Shown one piece after another: positions 38,601 to 52,530 of a stretch of 64,000 nt of DNA (the stretch's first letter is position 1; every line of letters begins with the position of its first letter). The notes below the pieces were generated by a model that saw only the letters and a list, made by a program, of their open reading frames with translations, was not told where the DNA came from and ran no database searches. This DNA comes from Bugula neritina (taxonomy: Eukaryota; Animalia; Bryozoa). The position numbers and the translations under genes were made by a program. Location: contig OZ037765.1 in the NCBI GenBank assembly GCA_964035545.1, positions 16,058,995 through 16,122,994 of the forward strand. Direction: 5' to 3'.

Positions 38601-41600
38601 TATTTTCAAAATGGGAAGTTAGTATTCACACAAACAACATAAGTTGTTTAAGGGTAGTCTTTACATCAATGACTCTATTAACAGTCTTTTTTTGTCCAAA
38701 CTTAATGTTTAAAGAGCTTTGAATAACTACTTTAGGTTAGTACGAATAACAAAATAATTCAAATTTGCCATCACAACTAATGATGGTTTGTTTCATTACA
38801 ATTTTTAATTATGCTCCTGCCATGTAGAGAGCAAAACTAAAGAAAATGAAAAGTTAAAACGCAATGTAAGTATTATGAACATATTATATTATAACATGAT
38901 AGAATGCAGGGAAAAAATAATGGATATTAGTATATCACCCCACTCGAGCAGCAATGCCGTGAAGATTATAATCGTGAGTCTCACTCAGAGGCAAGACTAT
39001 GGAGTACCACCCTGCTTATACCATGCTGATACCCTGACTTAAAAGCTTTACTACACCCCTCCCCCTTCAGTCAAACAAACATAGCTTTGAAATGGAAGCT
39101 ATTACAGGGATGAGCAAAGGTGTACACCAATATATGCCAGCTATACACAAAACAATACATAATAACCTGAATGAGTATGTGTGTGTGTGTGTGTATGTGA
39201 GGGTGTATTTTTTATAATATTCTAAAAAAGTTACCAAAAACACCTATTTAAATATTTGTGAAAGTCAACGCAATAAACAAAGAGAGCTAACATATACCTA
39301 TTTCAACCAAATCCTGAACCTTTGTGGGTGTAGTAACTTGGCAATGGCGCCCTGTGTGTCCCTGGTTACAAATACACATGTAGTCAGTCTCCAAATTCCT
39401 ACAACTCCCTCCATTTCGACAAACGGCGTGTTTGCAAAAATCTGCAGCACATAGAAATGATGAAGCTTTAAAACGCAAAGTATCAATCATACTAACAAGC
39501 ATCAAATATAACTGCTAGTAACAACTACAAGTAACATATCAATAAAAAAATATATTTTAAAGCATCTATTTCTATGAATTATTGAAACTGACAAAGCTGC
39601 AACACGTTTACAAATATCTTGTATTTGAAACTAGGATATCAGTTTGTGTGAGCTACCAGTATCGTGCGAGTAATTGAGAATTTATTAACATTAAAGACAG
39701 AGTTCATAGTAAAAACTGACGGGGATATAACTGTGAAGCATTTCCATGGTTCATAAGTGATATAATTTTATGTCATTCAATAAACTTGGACATCATTTTG
39801 ATAATTGTGCTTTGCTGCAGTCACAATGATTTAGTTTCTATGATTTGTGCTGGACTTGCACAACACTAGGCATAGTTCAAGAGTTCAAGTGTTGTCAACC
39901 TAAAACCAACTGTTTAAATTTATAGTAGAACTATTTTTGACTAGCATATTATGCATTACTGGCTTTAAATAAAAATAGTTAAACATTGAGCTATTAGTAT
40001 TTAATTTGTTTAAAGAGCTATCATTTTAATATAAACTGTGGCAATAATACAATTTCGAAATTTAAGAAAATCAATTTTTTCAACAATAGGAATATATAAT
40101 GAATCTCAAATTTGCAAATTTTTTTTTTACTAAATTGCCAGACTTAAAACACATGCTTGAAAATTATTTAATCATAATGATAATGACTTAGTGCTATCAA
40201 CTGCATTCATTAGAATTCAAATTGTTTTTATTAATAAAAAATAAAGAACCTTTTTAAAAATACAAATTGACAATTTTCATGTAGATATTCAAGCCATAAA
40301 AAATATACCTCCATACCTGTTGAAATATTACACTGTCTTCCAGTAAAAAGTGGAGGACAATTGCAAATATATCCTCTCAGCAGATCAACACAACTACCTC
40401 CATTAGCACACGGTGAGCTTTCACACTCATTGATCTCTATAGCAAGAAGGCAGCTCTCAATCACAGCATAAAATACATCACAGTTGGTTTTTAACAAATA
40501 ATTTCACAGCTAAACTTAAAAATGTTAAGATGTTATATGATGCATTAGTACATTGCTGGTCCCTGTTCATGCCTGCCTATACAAGTGTGTTTATTTCAAA
40601 AGCATGACTGTACAAATAATAAAACCTTGTTTTTGCATTATTACTAAAATAAAATATGCACCTATTAGCAGGCAATAACTGAGAATGGCATAGAACGAGT
40701 ACAGTAGTGTGTATAATGCAATAACGCTATCTCACCTGTACATCCGTGTAGCAGTTGGTCATACTTGAACCCAACAGCACATTGGCAAATGTTACCTGTA
40801 CATACAGCGGCAGCATCATAACAATCTGCTGACTTATAACACCTTCCATTAAAAAGCACTGCAATATAAATATTTTACTATAAATTATACCTTTAATAAT
40901 GTATAGATAAACTACAGGTATTTTTGATTTTATACTATAGAGTATAGAGTATAGACCCTAAGGAAGCATAAATTATAACTTTTACTGTAACTCTTGACTT
41001 ATATGTAATATGTAAACAAATTCTTAATATAAATATTTATTAATAAGAAAATATCTTATTGCAGCTGCAAGAGTTGGCAGCCCAAAACTATGTGGATTCA
41101 AATTGTCAAAATATGATGCCTAATTGCGCTTTCAAGATAATCAGTCAGCCATTTACAGTTACTATAAATTGAATCAAACAAATGTGCTAATGTCTTTTTA
41201 AAGAAGAGGAAAAACCAACGACAAATGCTTTTAACTAGCAATTCAACTACTAATAAACTGACAACATGCTACTACAAAAACATGGTGTTATAATTACGAA
41301 ATATTACAACAGCAACATATTTACCAAAAAATATTCTTGGTAACTACCATTGAAAAGTAATTTTTAAAATCTAAATTGAGAGATACACGTTGTCTTAGCG
41401 GTAGTGTACAAAACACAAACCTTTACAACTAGCTGTTGTATTACTGAATTGTTGATTAACAGTGCATCCACATCGATTATCAGCATTGCAAACTCCTGAG
41501 ATACAATGCCCTCCATTAGGACACGCCATACCAAATGAGCCTGAATAACATATGATCAGCTAATTACAGTATGTAATCCATCTTTATATGCAATCATCAC

Positions 41601-44600
41601 CTATGAAACAACAGTTGCAATAAGAGTCTTGTAAAGTACATTTGCCCCAAACAGATATTTTATGTTTGTTCACAATGTTAACAGCCCTTTATACTTTGCA
41701 TAATAAGCTAGAGATTTCAATTCTTTGCAGTCGTACTGTGCATATTTGAAGAGAAAATTGTGACATAGATGAATTTTCAATTACCTAAAAAAAATAGTGG
41801 TTAGTTTACACATAAATACTTTGGCCACGTAAACTACCAGCAATCTTAAATATAAACTTTTGTTTATAAATTTGAAGGCAGATGAAACTTGATAAATATA
41901 TTATGTCTAAATTTTTAAATTTACTTCAACAGTCAGAATTAGAAGCCCAGGTATATGTTGTCATCATATTCAAAACTTTGGTCTCAATGATATGCTAATC
42001 TCAACAATAACTAAAGTACGCTTACACTGTTGTGTAGACTTATTGCTGACAATAATTTATCTTGTACCTATATATACTTGTGAAGACTTATTACAGACTA
42101 CCTTTACATGCCCCGTTGTGGTACTGGTATCCCTTCTGGCACACACATTTATTATCCACACAAACAAGTAAAGATGGTGCAGCTTTGCAGTCTGCATGAT
42201 TATGGCAATGTGATCCATGCTCAGCTAGAAGCAAAATACTTGAGTTTAGTTGAAAGAAACTTAATGAATTCCCGTATATGAACTAGCATTAGTAATGGTT
42301 GTAGTTTAGAATTTGAAAAAAGCACTGCAGTTAAAAATAGTTTGTTGTGTTACTACTTCGTATAATATAACACCTACCAATTGTATATTATTATACTTTA
42401 GAGTTCCTAGTATTACAAACAAATCATAAATACCTTGACAAAACTGTAGATGTGTATTGTAGACATAACCATAAGCACATACACAGATGTTGTTCTCACA
42501 GAAATTATATCTGTCAACGCACTGAGATGTGATCCTACACTTCCCTCCATATGCAGCTGTGATATACAAGTAGCAGAGCATATTAACTGTACTTATTATC
42601 ATAAATCTTCACTTGTAAATGTACCAAAATAATTAAAATTAATACTGAAATATAAGTAAACATACATACTAATCAAACAAAAACAACAGGTATTTGCAAA
42701 TTACAAACTTCAACACATTACTGAAAAGAAGTTGCTACACAGTATGAAATATTTATTACATATGCAGCTGATGATTAAGTTTGAAAATCCAACTCTCATG
42801 TAATTCAAATTTAAAAACTGCTACATTATGTTTCGTTGGCATTACATATGAAAAGATAATAAAACAACAGCGGCAAATGCAATAAATACCTATATTATCT
42901 TTTATTATGTTAAAACCACAAATAATATAATAATTATAATCATACAATTTAAATTTAAAATTTGACATACATATTGGACTGTTATACACTAATACTCACG
43001 TCTGCATGTTTGCCCATCATATTTATGGTGAGACCTACAGACACATTTATTACTTTTACCAACATCACACTCAGTTTGCTCATCTGAACACAGGCCATTT
43101 AGATCACATCCCAGACCATGTGTAGCTGAAAAAATATTAAAAATGCTCAGATGTACTGAAATCACACTGTGAGATACACCAGTATGTGCGGACAAGCTAT
43201 TTGATATCCCAAAGATAAAACTAGGAGACTTATCTATCAACATTGTTTCAATTATGCTGTAATAATTTGCTAAAACTGAGGTTGGAATTATAAAATAAGG
43301 TCATTGCATTTTGTTGGCTTACTTGAAAGGTGTTAATCGGTTGTCACTGTTACTATTGTCTTGTATTTTAATTATAATAAATACATTAAAACATAAACTT
43401 GTATTCTAACCTTGGCACTGGTTATTCACAGTGTGGTAGCCTTGCATGCAGGTGCAGAATCGATTTGCCGCAGTTGGCGGTTGAGGTAGACATCGAGAGT
43501 ATGGAATTGTGCAGAGCTCATGACTTGAGCATGGAGCATTCAGCAACCCTTTGAAAATTAACGTTATATTGTGAGCACCTGAACAGGTATACTAGTCTAC
43601 TATCCGCTTACAGCCATATTCTCAGTGAAAAGATAGTGTTGAGAGTCTTCATAGGCAATATGCTTTTGAGATCAATAAGAGAATTGAGAATCAAGCCAAT
43701 GTTATTCATAGCAATAAGGCATTGGGTGAATTTATACCACCTTCCTTTATAGCATTGAAAATTGATGTGCTTTCAACATTTTTATGCTTGCCAACAATGA
43801 ACCAGTATATAAATTTGCCAATTAGTCTACACGGTACTATATGTAAAAAATTCTTAGTAAAACAATAACAAAATTACATGCACATTTTTCAAGTGTGGAA
43901 ATACTTATTAGCATAATATAAGTTGAATGCTATTATACAATTAGGCACAGGAGAATCAATGTAGGAACACTTTAGAAATATTTCAAGTAGTTTGAATTAA
44001 TAAATTATATTTTCTAAGATATTTTTATGAGCCACTCTTTTTTTTATATATAAAATATAAGCAGGATGGTTTGCATGTACATCTTGCTGAAATAACTTGC
44101 CATAAAATCAACACATAAAATCCACTTTCTATATCATCAAAATTCATAAGCCAGTTTTAATTTTTTATAACTTTCCAATTATTCAGATTGATTCAGTTGC
44201 TTTCTACTTTGCATATGGTCTTTCAGCATCCTGACAATGAACATTATTAATGAAAGTTAAAGATTTATTTGCTACAATTATATTTTACATACATTTTAAA
44301 TATTTTTGTAATGATTATATCTATTACTAAAATAGTTGGTAAGCTGAAGCCTTTTTGCATGCAACAAACTGCAATTTTTCTAAAAAGAAGTTAGATAAAA
44401 TATAATAAAATGTTCTCCAAACAACTTCTTACATAAGTTATAAGCAATGCTAAATAGTTACCAGCACAATTTTTAGTTTTAGCATCATAGCTATACCCGT
44501 TCAAACATTGACACTTGCCACTCCTACACTCTCCATAGGTGTCTGTGCAGTCAGTTTTTGACGAGCATGAACTATTATATTCAGCTACAAATACACCACT

Positions 44601-47130
44601 GTGTATTAACATTTACCAATGAAGTAGATATTCAACTTGAGACACTCATAGTACTTGGCACATTTTACAAAAGCAGTGGTTTCAATAAAATTTACAAAGA
44701 AAGCTAGTTTAAAAACACTTTCCAAGCGCTTGCCAATTTTATTTTATTATACCCCAGTATGTCAATGAGCAGAAAAAACTACTTATCATTGTAATTGAAC
44801 TTACTAACTACAGTACAGTTGTAATGCATGATGTTATATCACTAATTTATGCTTTTTATTATGTTAATTCATTATTTCAAGTGTGGCAGTAATCAATAGA
44901 TCAACTTTCAGTGGACTTTCAAATAGCTTAATATTTTTCATTTCATATTCTTAATTTAAGCCACTTTGTGGAGACCCAAGAGTCCAACATAATATGACTT
45001 TTAGTACACTGTTGATATGTACAAGTATTGAGTTAGGCTATACTACATGGCATTCTTCATTCAGCTGCATAACTACCTATAACTTTATTTTATGGAAAGA
45101 CAAATCTGCTGTGCCACAATAACTAAATGAACTGCTGATAAGATGAAACTGATTGCCTGAGCAGAAGATTTTGTCAACTTGGGTTTTTGCACTACCTTTT
45201 GTTTAGTGTGTTTTAATCACCATTTTTGCTATAAAAAAAAACAAAAATAATATCAGAAATTCACATATACCACATAAATGCAGATAAAAATAATCAAGTC
45301 GGACGGTGCATGCTTGGTGATGCAAAATTTGTTTAGATGACTGAAGATTTTCAACACTAATTGGGAATATACAGTAATGCACCATACTAAAACAAGTATG
45401 ACAGTAAGCCTAGGGCCACACTGTGCGTATTTTCGCATGCGAAAATTGAAATCACAAGTAGCAAAGGTGCCCACTGTACGCGTTGAGAAAACATTCGCAC
45501 TTGTCGCTCAGCATTCTCAACGCAAGTGCGAATCGTCTCTGTCGTCGTCACCTAATTGGCTGGTAGTTATTCAGCAAGCCCAATTTCTTTATTTTAGTGC
45601 TACACTCCAGTAAATTGCGTTTTATTGAAAGCGAGTGCGATTTAAAAATGAAAGCTTTATTTATCACGCATCACTGACGCTACAGTAGACACCTTTGCTA
45701 CTTGTGATTTCAATTTTCGCATGCGAAAATACGCACAGTGTGGCTCTAGGCTAATAATTGAAATTTACCGATACAGCTGTTGGTGGTGTTCATGTAGGTA
45801 AAACCATGCTGACAGTGGCATATGCTGTCAATGCATTGGTAGCCTAATCCCAGATGTATACATTCTGAATCACTTTGGCACTGCTCAGCATCTGCTAACA
45901 GACATGCATGATTAATAAAATCTAGAGTTGATTTCGCCATTAAAAATATCAACATCATGATCTGTGTAAAACTTAATATCACTAAAAAAAATAAAAGTAA
46001 TATGAAAAATACGCTATTATCACATAAAACCTTGCAATAACCTGAAGCAAATAATGAGTTCAGTGAAATAAATTCATGTTTCAAAGACGATGTTGAAGGA
46101 TGGCTTAAGGCTTGATTCATAACATCATATAACCTGACACATACTTGTTACATATACACTATTTATATTTCTTAGTCATTGCCCACTCTTAGTATAACAT
46201 TTTGAAGTTATTTACTTGTTTTTCTTTATTCATAGTGCATAAACACTTTTCAATTTTTCCTGTCTACAGTTTAATTCCTTTCTATTTAACGAGCTCATGT
46301 AAAAGATGTTATCATTTAAAGTTGAAGCAGAAACTTCAGTAGGGCATACTAAAGAAATATAACTGTAATCTGTAATTTGAAGTACAAATATATATTTATT
46401 ATCGTACAAATATTCATTCACAGATAAAACATGTGTAGGTTTCGAAGATTGAGATTTGCAAATGTTATTAAGTAATGAGGTTTTTACCATCTGTTGATAT
46501 GCACAGTAGTTTCAACCAGCATTGTTACTAACTTAAACATTGATCTAGACCTACATGAGAGGAGGAGGAAATATAACAACTAAGTAAAAAAACTATGTCA
46601 AGGACAAAAATAAAAATAAGTGGCCTGCAAATAATGTAAGGATAAAAGTACGTGAATGATTTAGTAGATCATAAAAGTATGTAAAAATTTAAATATCATC
46701 ACGTTAAAATCACAAGTGACAATAACTCTACTGAGTAAAATTGAAAAGAATTGAAATTAAGCCTTTTATTTTATGGTTATAATAAAAAATGGAACTAACC
46801 TTGAAATAAAATAGCTAAAACTAAACTTAAAGCAAGAGTGAAGGTTTTCATCTTTCATGCACTGGGTTTAGTATGTAAATGTATTGAACAAAACACAAGT
46901 ATAGCACAGAGTAATACATTTAGGTAAATCGCAAAGCCATCGATCTCCAACAATGATCACAACTTACAGGCACATACTATTGACACTGAGAGCTGAATTT
47001 GGTCTTATTATCTGATCAACAGTAATGACTCAGAATAGCTAGCATTGGTACAACTTGAGTTCACTTTTTAAATTAACTTATGGCAAAAAACTTACATATT
47101 ATAGTATACCCAAGGAAGCCAATGTATCAT
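20659..47130 (-). CDS. Large multi-exon type I membrane protein: 8 EB-like, 2 EGF, 4 SEA/KIAA1549-like, IgGFc-binding N-domain, Thr-rich stalk, SEA-like, TM, Ser/Arg-rich tail
   Basis: About 40 minus-strand exons, phase-compatible where checked. EB-like ~40736-45896; EGF ~40317-40437 and ~39298-39442; SEA-like ~31934-38461; IgGFc-binding-like ~26957-31764; Thr-rich ~26322-26679; SEA-like ~23661-24325; [23 protein letters not shown] ~22502-22630; tail exons 21605-22257, 21139-21346 and 20659-20751 (stop TAA). The start at ~47130 (MIHWLPW|LSVSIVCA, signal-peptide-like) is speculative. Confidence 0.75.
25211..25661. mobile_element. PIF/Harbinger-type MITE, copy 1
   Basis: TIR GCGTAGGGCCACACG...CGTGTGGCCCTACAC, flanked by TGA/TAA. 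The interior is the reverse complement of 35004-35453. Confidence 0.85.
26322..26679 (-). other. Thr/Pro-rich mucin-like stalk exon of the large membrane protein
   Basis: The minus strand reads [36 protein letters not shown]...; bounded by AG/GT. Confidence 0.85.
26957..31764 (-). other. IgGFc-binding protein N-terminal domain (multi-exon) of the large membrane protein
   Basis: Motifs [21 protein letters not shown]...[60 protein letters not shown] and YG....ESYSF.A. Confidence 0.88.
35004..35453. mobile_element. PIF/Harbinger-type MITE, copy 2 (inverted relative to copy 1)
   Basis: TIR GAGTAGGGCCACACG...CGTGTGGCCCTACGC with TTA TSD at 35001-35003 and 35454-35456. Confidence 0.88.
39298..45896 (-). 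other. Array of 8 EB-like six-cysteine exons followed by 2 EGF exons (one calcium-binding type)
   Basis: Examples: [36 protein letters not shown]; [34 protein letters not shown]; [36 protein letters not shown]. One module per exon, and all donors are phase 1. Confidence 0.88.
45408..45751. mobile_element. PIF/Harbinger-type MITE with ~70-bp TIRs
   Basis: GCCTAGGGCCACACTGTGCGTATTTTCGCATGCGAAAATTGAAATCACAAGTAGCAAAGGTG and its near-perfect inverse. TAA TSD at 45405-45407 and 45752-45754. Confidence 0.9.
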
Positions 47131-49490
47131 TTGAGGAGAAAATATACACAGATCTCACGTAGGGGAGAAAGAACACTTGTCTACAGGAATTTCAATATCA
47201 TTTCAACCTACTGCCTTTCGTTTCAGCTAGCTATCGAAGAATAAAATACTGACACTGCTTATCAAATTTTAGAAACATGTGCCATAATATACACAAAATT
47301 TAAAGAGAAAAATGATGCTGCTTCAAAATTATATTGCTGATTGAAAGATGCTATACAATTATAGTAATAAATAGTTCAACCTATGAATTTCACAATAAGA
47401 ATATCAACATGGAGAAATAAAAAGCCGTTAATTACGTAGTCCTACACTGCACCAAACTAAACTATATTATAATTACTATTAAATGTGCTTTATAATTGTT
47501 TTTAACTTTGTAATGTATTATATGGTAAGCTAATTCCGTTAGTAGGCCTACATGTTATTAATGTAGCCGAATTACCAAAAAACATTAACTTGATAACATT
47601 TGCACTCACCAATTTATTGTCCAAACTCTCTTGTTTGTTCTATATAATACCTAGCAAAACATTTGATTAAATATAAATTAACATAACATATACTATTCAT
47701 ATACTGATTACATAATAACATCTAACCATTGCTGAAGAAAACTTTAAAAAGTACCAACCTTTACCAACACATGTGCACACATTTACTAAAATGGCTGGCT
47801 AGTATGATGCATGAAAATAATCTTGGAAGAACACAAAATAAAGAGCTACCGCACTTTTGCAGATATAATTTCGTAAAGTATCAGTTAAAAAGAAGCTGCT
47901 GTTAATAAAAAAAGGTAAATAAAACCTCATATCTTTATTCATATTTTTGTAAAAGATTTAAAACTAGCAATGAGAGACAATAAAAAATTAAGAAAGCTTA
48001 GCTTATGTTTACAGGAGGTCATGTATGTTGCAGGAGCTTTTTGTTCTAGCATTCTTCTCATACTTGTATTGCTGCTGCAGCTTGAAGGCCTGCCTCATCT
48101 ACAATAAAAGCAGCTTACAATTTTGCTGTTTCGATCTTGTAATACTAAAGTTATAGCTGGTGAGCAATACTGCCATCTGTGAAATTTACTAAGACAAATC
48201 ACAAGCAGAGTGACTCAGCAAAATAACTAAAATAAATAAGTTGACCCAAGTATGTAGCCTCATAACAAAAATGCCCCAAAATGTATTGGAGAGCCAATTT
48301 TTATTCAATTTTAGAAATGTTGCTGTTGAGGAAAGATAATTTCTGCCGAACTGCTTATTAGATAAATAAAAGAGACAGACTCTTAAGTTGGCTTTCTTAT
48401 GCATTATTATCTCAATTCAATCATTAATACAAATAATTAATTCATGAGGGTTTAAATCCCAATTCCTATGCAAAAATAATAATGGTTTATTGCAATTGAT
48501 TTCAAGCTAAGTTGTCTACAAAGAATGGGGACTTTTTTCAATTTTTACTCTAAGCATATGTAATTAAACTGTAAAATAGTATAATGAAATCTAATAGGTT
48601 TCTACAAAAAAAGTTATAGTTTTAGGTTACAAGATCTTCGATAATTGTTTCAAATACCTTTTCCTTATAAACAATTTTTATTGAGGTCCTCTTTATCATA
48701 TTACATAATATAAGGTAGTTGCACAAAATGGCACAGAACTACAAAAGCTAAATTTAAAAGCTGGTACTGATACAACACAACTATATGTGCACAAATTATA
48801 GCTGGGTCACTATTATGAGTACCTACTACCTATATGAAAAAAAAACAAAATGATTAAAATAAAACTCCATGAACATACAGTAATAATGATATATGCCTAA
48901 ATGAAAACAATGTAAGAATGGTAAAAACAATTGTTGGAAACTGGCCTTTAGTTCTATTTTAGTAATATTAAATAACCCCTTTTTTTTAAATATCAACACT
49001 GATGTTCACTCAAAATGTTTACTGTAATGTTCTTGCTGATATTTACTTGAAATTGTCATTCTGCAATTATAGATTTTATACTTGCAAATTAATACTCTGT
49101 AAGTCACTGCTGTCCGCATTTTTATTAAAAGTTAATATCTGTATTTAGGAATCAAGGTTATCATTTTGTGTATGAATAGTCCGTATGGAGATACTGGATA
49201 ACCATCACAATGGCTACCACCTTAGACCTCAGTCTTGCACATACTCTTAGTTTTACAACTTTACAAACCGAGAGTTGCAGCTAAGTTCTACAGATCATTT
49301 TAGTCCCCACCTTATAATCCCAAATTTTGTACTATCATCATAATTCATGAAAACTATAATGATAATCACACAATCATAATGATAATCATTATGCGATTAG
49401 ACACTATAGTTATATTATAAAATGAGTTAGTTGAGACTCAGTTTCAACTCTCAAGTCTTGGACTGAGTTAGTAACTATGATTATAACTAA

Positions 49491-50420
49491 TTCGAGGGCG
49501 ATTCAAAAAGTAGAGATAATTTTGCAATAAACCGAGTTGTGGTTGAGTTAAATACTTCCAATTTTTATTTTTCAACACAATGTTCAGACAGGTCAACACA
49601 TTTTTTCCATTTTTACACTATTTTCTTGACTCCCTCAGAACAAAATTTAGTAGATTGACTCAGTAAACAGTTATTTACAGTAGCTTTGACCTTGTCATGA
49701 GTCTCTGCGTGAATGAATACCTCTGGTGTAGAACTTTAAAACACCAAAGAGATCGTAATCAGAAAGTGCAAAAACAGAGCTGCAATTTGCAATTTGGATG
49801 CTCTATTCGTTCCCAACCTAGTTGGTTCATGGCAGAGCGAGGCTTGGCAGTGTCTGGGTGGAGACTTATGCCATGAGATTGCAAGCTTCCTATCGTCTTC
49901 TTAATGTCTTTCTAAACTTTAATGGAATAACTACTCTATTGAAGATGGCCATTAACTTAGCAATATTCTCCTATACTGCTACTCTCCTGACTGCCCTGAC
50001 AAAGCTTTCTACAGTCTTCAATTTGGCTGGTGCAGCCACCTCTTTTGCCCTTTGGTCTACCTGACAGGGGTCTATTCTTCACAGATGCCATTCCTTCTTT
50101 AGAAGTATTAGCCCATTTGTAAACTCTGCTCTTGTTTAAACAAATATCACCATATTGACCTAGTATTCTCTTGTAAATTTTACTTGGTCTAACTCCTTAA
50201 CTTGGCAACAACTTTATTACAGCTCTCTGTTGCAAGCAACAAAGCAAGGCTGCTATATCGATACACTCTCAAAAAATATGTATTGCCTCAAAACTATTAA
50301 AATGATTGCATTGTAAAGATAATCTCTAAAAACCATAATCTTAAAAATAAATATGTTGATGTCTGACAATTACATATGTTTTGTAGAAAAATTATCTTTA
50401 TTTTTTTAATTGCTTGGGTA
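49491..50420 (-). mobile_element. Decayed, internally deleted mariner transposon
   Basis: Imperfect TIRs (CGAGGGCGATTCAAAAAGTAGAGATAATTTT and inverse). Minus-strand remnants read QQRAVIK...GQYGDICLNKSRVYKW...SGRP, LGWERIEHP, ALSDYDLFGVLK and KWKKCVDL...VEK*, with stops and frameshifts. Confidence 0.85.
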
Positions 50421-51639
50421 GTATAAACCAACTCAGTTAGTGTTGCCGGCTACGTTTATTACTAGTTATTCGTTGTCATAATAATAACTATAATGACAAC
50501 CAGTTATACTTATGAACACTTGTAGATTCATTGGAATCTTTCATTCTGCCTTTAAAAGCTATAAATAAATAATTATTAGTATTAAATAAATATAACTAAA
50601 ACCTATATAGTTAGTTATATAGACTTGGTAATACTTATACTCATACTGGAAAAATGAATATTACTTGTTAGTCTAAAGTAATTGGATTACTATTACCATT
50701 AGATTTAGTGTTGCAATACAGCATGCGTATCAGTATTAGTATGACTATCAGTATCACTAGGACTTATAATTATGAGTATCACACTACCTGGAACTGTAAG
50801 TGTATAATATTAATAACAATATTATTATATTTAATTTCATTAGTATTACTTATTTACGATAGTAGTTTTACTTTTAGTCTATATTCTATAATCTATAGCA
50901 AATGATTTACTAAGCAATAGTATTTTCCTGGTAGTATTTAATATTTATATTATAATTGTTACCATAACTACATAAACCTAAGGCTAACGTCATACTGATC
51001 ATATAGTTATACCGGTATATGAAACTAAAAGTAAAAACTAAAGGTACGTTTTTATATGCGGCACACCCCTTCTTCCCTCTAAATAGTTCCAATGTGGAAA
51101 TAACATTGACAGGTATCGACAGGTATAAGTAATAAACTATAAGCATAATCATCAGTATGATTATGAGTATGATTATCAGTATCAGTATGATAGTGAGTAT
51201 TGCAATAGCTTTTAGAGTTATTCTCCCTTTATTTTTTTACTTCTAATATTTTATTACTACTCACTCGATTTGTCTTGTGTAAATCGGTCTCGACCGAGAT
51301 TCCGAGTGTCGGACTTGCGACTGACCGATTGTCGGTCATTCGGAACTCCGACATTCCAATCTTCGGTCGAAGTTTCTAGAACAAACTTTTGTGTTACTAT
51401 ATAAAGAGGCGAGCTCGCACTTGTAGTTTAGTCTACAGCTGGAGCTCATAGAGGAAGGACATACTTATACTGCAATAAAGACTATTTTATTCGCGTCCAT
51501 ACAACCTCTCTTATCTCTTACAATACAAAGGGGTTATACTCTCTGCCTAATTTATTCTGAACCCACAAATCTACATTGGTGGCAGCAATGAGGTTCGGAA
51601 GAAATAAGCAGCCTTTTGGACAGAGAGATAAGGATACAA

Positions 51640-52530
51640 GATGGCCAGGCTAGAAGGAAGAGAGGAAGTTCTCATGATGGAGACCTTGGTTGCAGCTCTC
51701 CGGGAAGGGGGAATGGCTAGACAGGCGCCATCTGGTGACAGGTATCGCCTTAAGCCCCCCGATTTTCGAAGGCGATAGCAATGTTTAACAGATCATCCGA
51801 GAGTTAGAGGATGTGGCCACCATCGCCGAATGGCCGGCACCGGTGAGAATCCTCCAACTCTAGACCTGCCTAACGGGTCGAGTCAAGAGTTATGCACTCG
51901 GCCCACATGATGTGGGCCCTCAGGACCCAGTTTAGGATGACCGCCCGAGATGCAAAGGACGAACTACAAGGCATGAGAAGGGACCAGAAGACTACCTTAC
52001 AAGACTACGCCAACACTCTAGAGAAGCCGACCCAGATTGCTTACAGCGGCACCGATGAAGAAGAGCGTCGGAGCCTGCTCTGTGAGGCATTCTTCAGGAC
52101 CGTTAACAATGCCAGGCTACAACGCTACTACCTGGCGGCTAAAATAAATACCGTTGAAGAGGGGGTAGAGATGGAGAAGGCCTATTACTAAGTAGAAGGC
52201 CCCAAAGGAGCAGATTTCACTGCCAATCAGGTTGAGGGAGAGGAAAGATAGGCAACCACGCCTACCCCATCTGCTCCTCAAGTCGTAGCAGCTACCACAG
52301 CATCACCGGCCCCGACACAGTTCACCATGCTGATGGACATGGTGAAGGGCCTGCAAGCTGAGGTGATGAAGTTGCAGCAGACTCAGGCTGACAGGCGGGT
52401 GCTCAGACTTTGGGACGACCCTGTCAGACTTCTACACCTCCCCTGTTGGGGGTGTGGCGCCTCGGGGCACGAGCGATGGTACTGCCCTAAGGAGAGAGGG
52501 TGTTTTTAAACACCCGAGGTCTGTGGTAAC
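51640..52530 (+). pseudogene. Disrupted gag of the LTR element
   Basis: Fragments ALRTQFRMTARDAKDELQGMRRDQKTTLQDYANTLEK...F..TVNNARLQRYYLA and a CCHC knuckle, interrupted by stops and frameshifts. Confidence 0.8.

Noticed and set aside
47609-48100. Two small AG/GT-bounded segments upstream of the membrane-protein gene
   Set aside because: Joining them gives an early stop. They may be 5' UTR exons but cannot be supported as coding.
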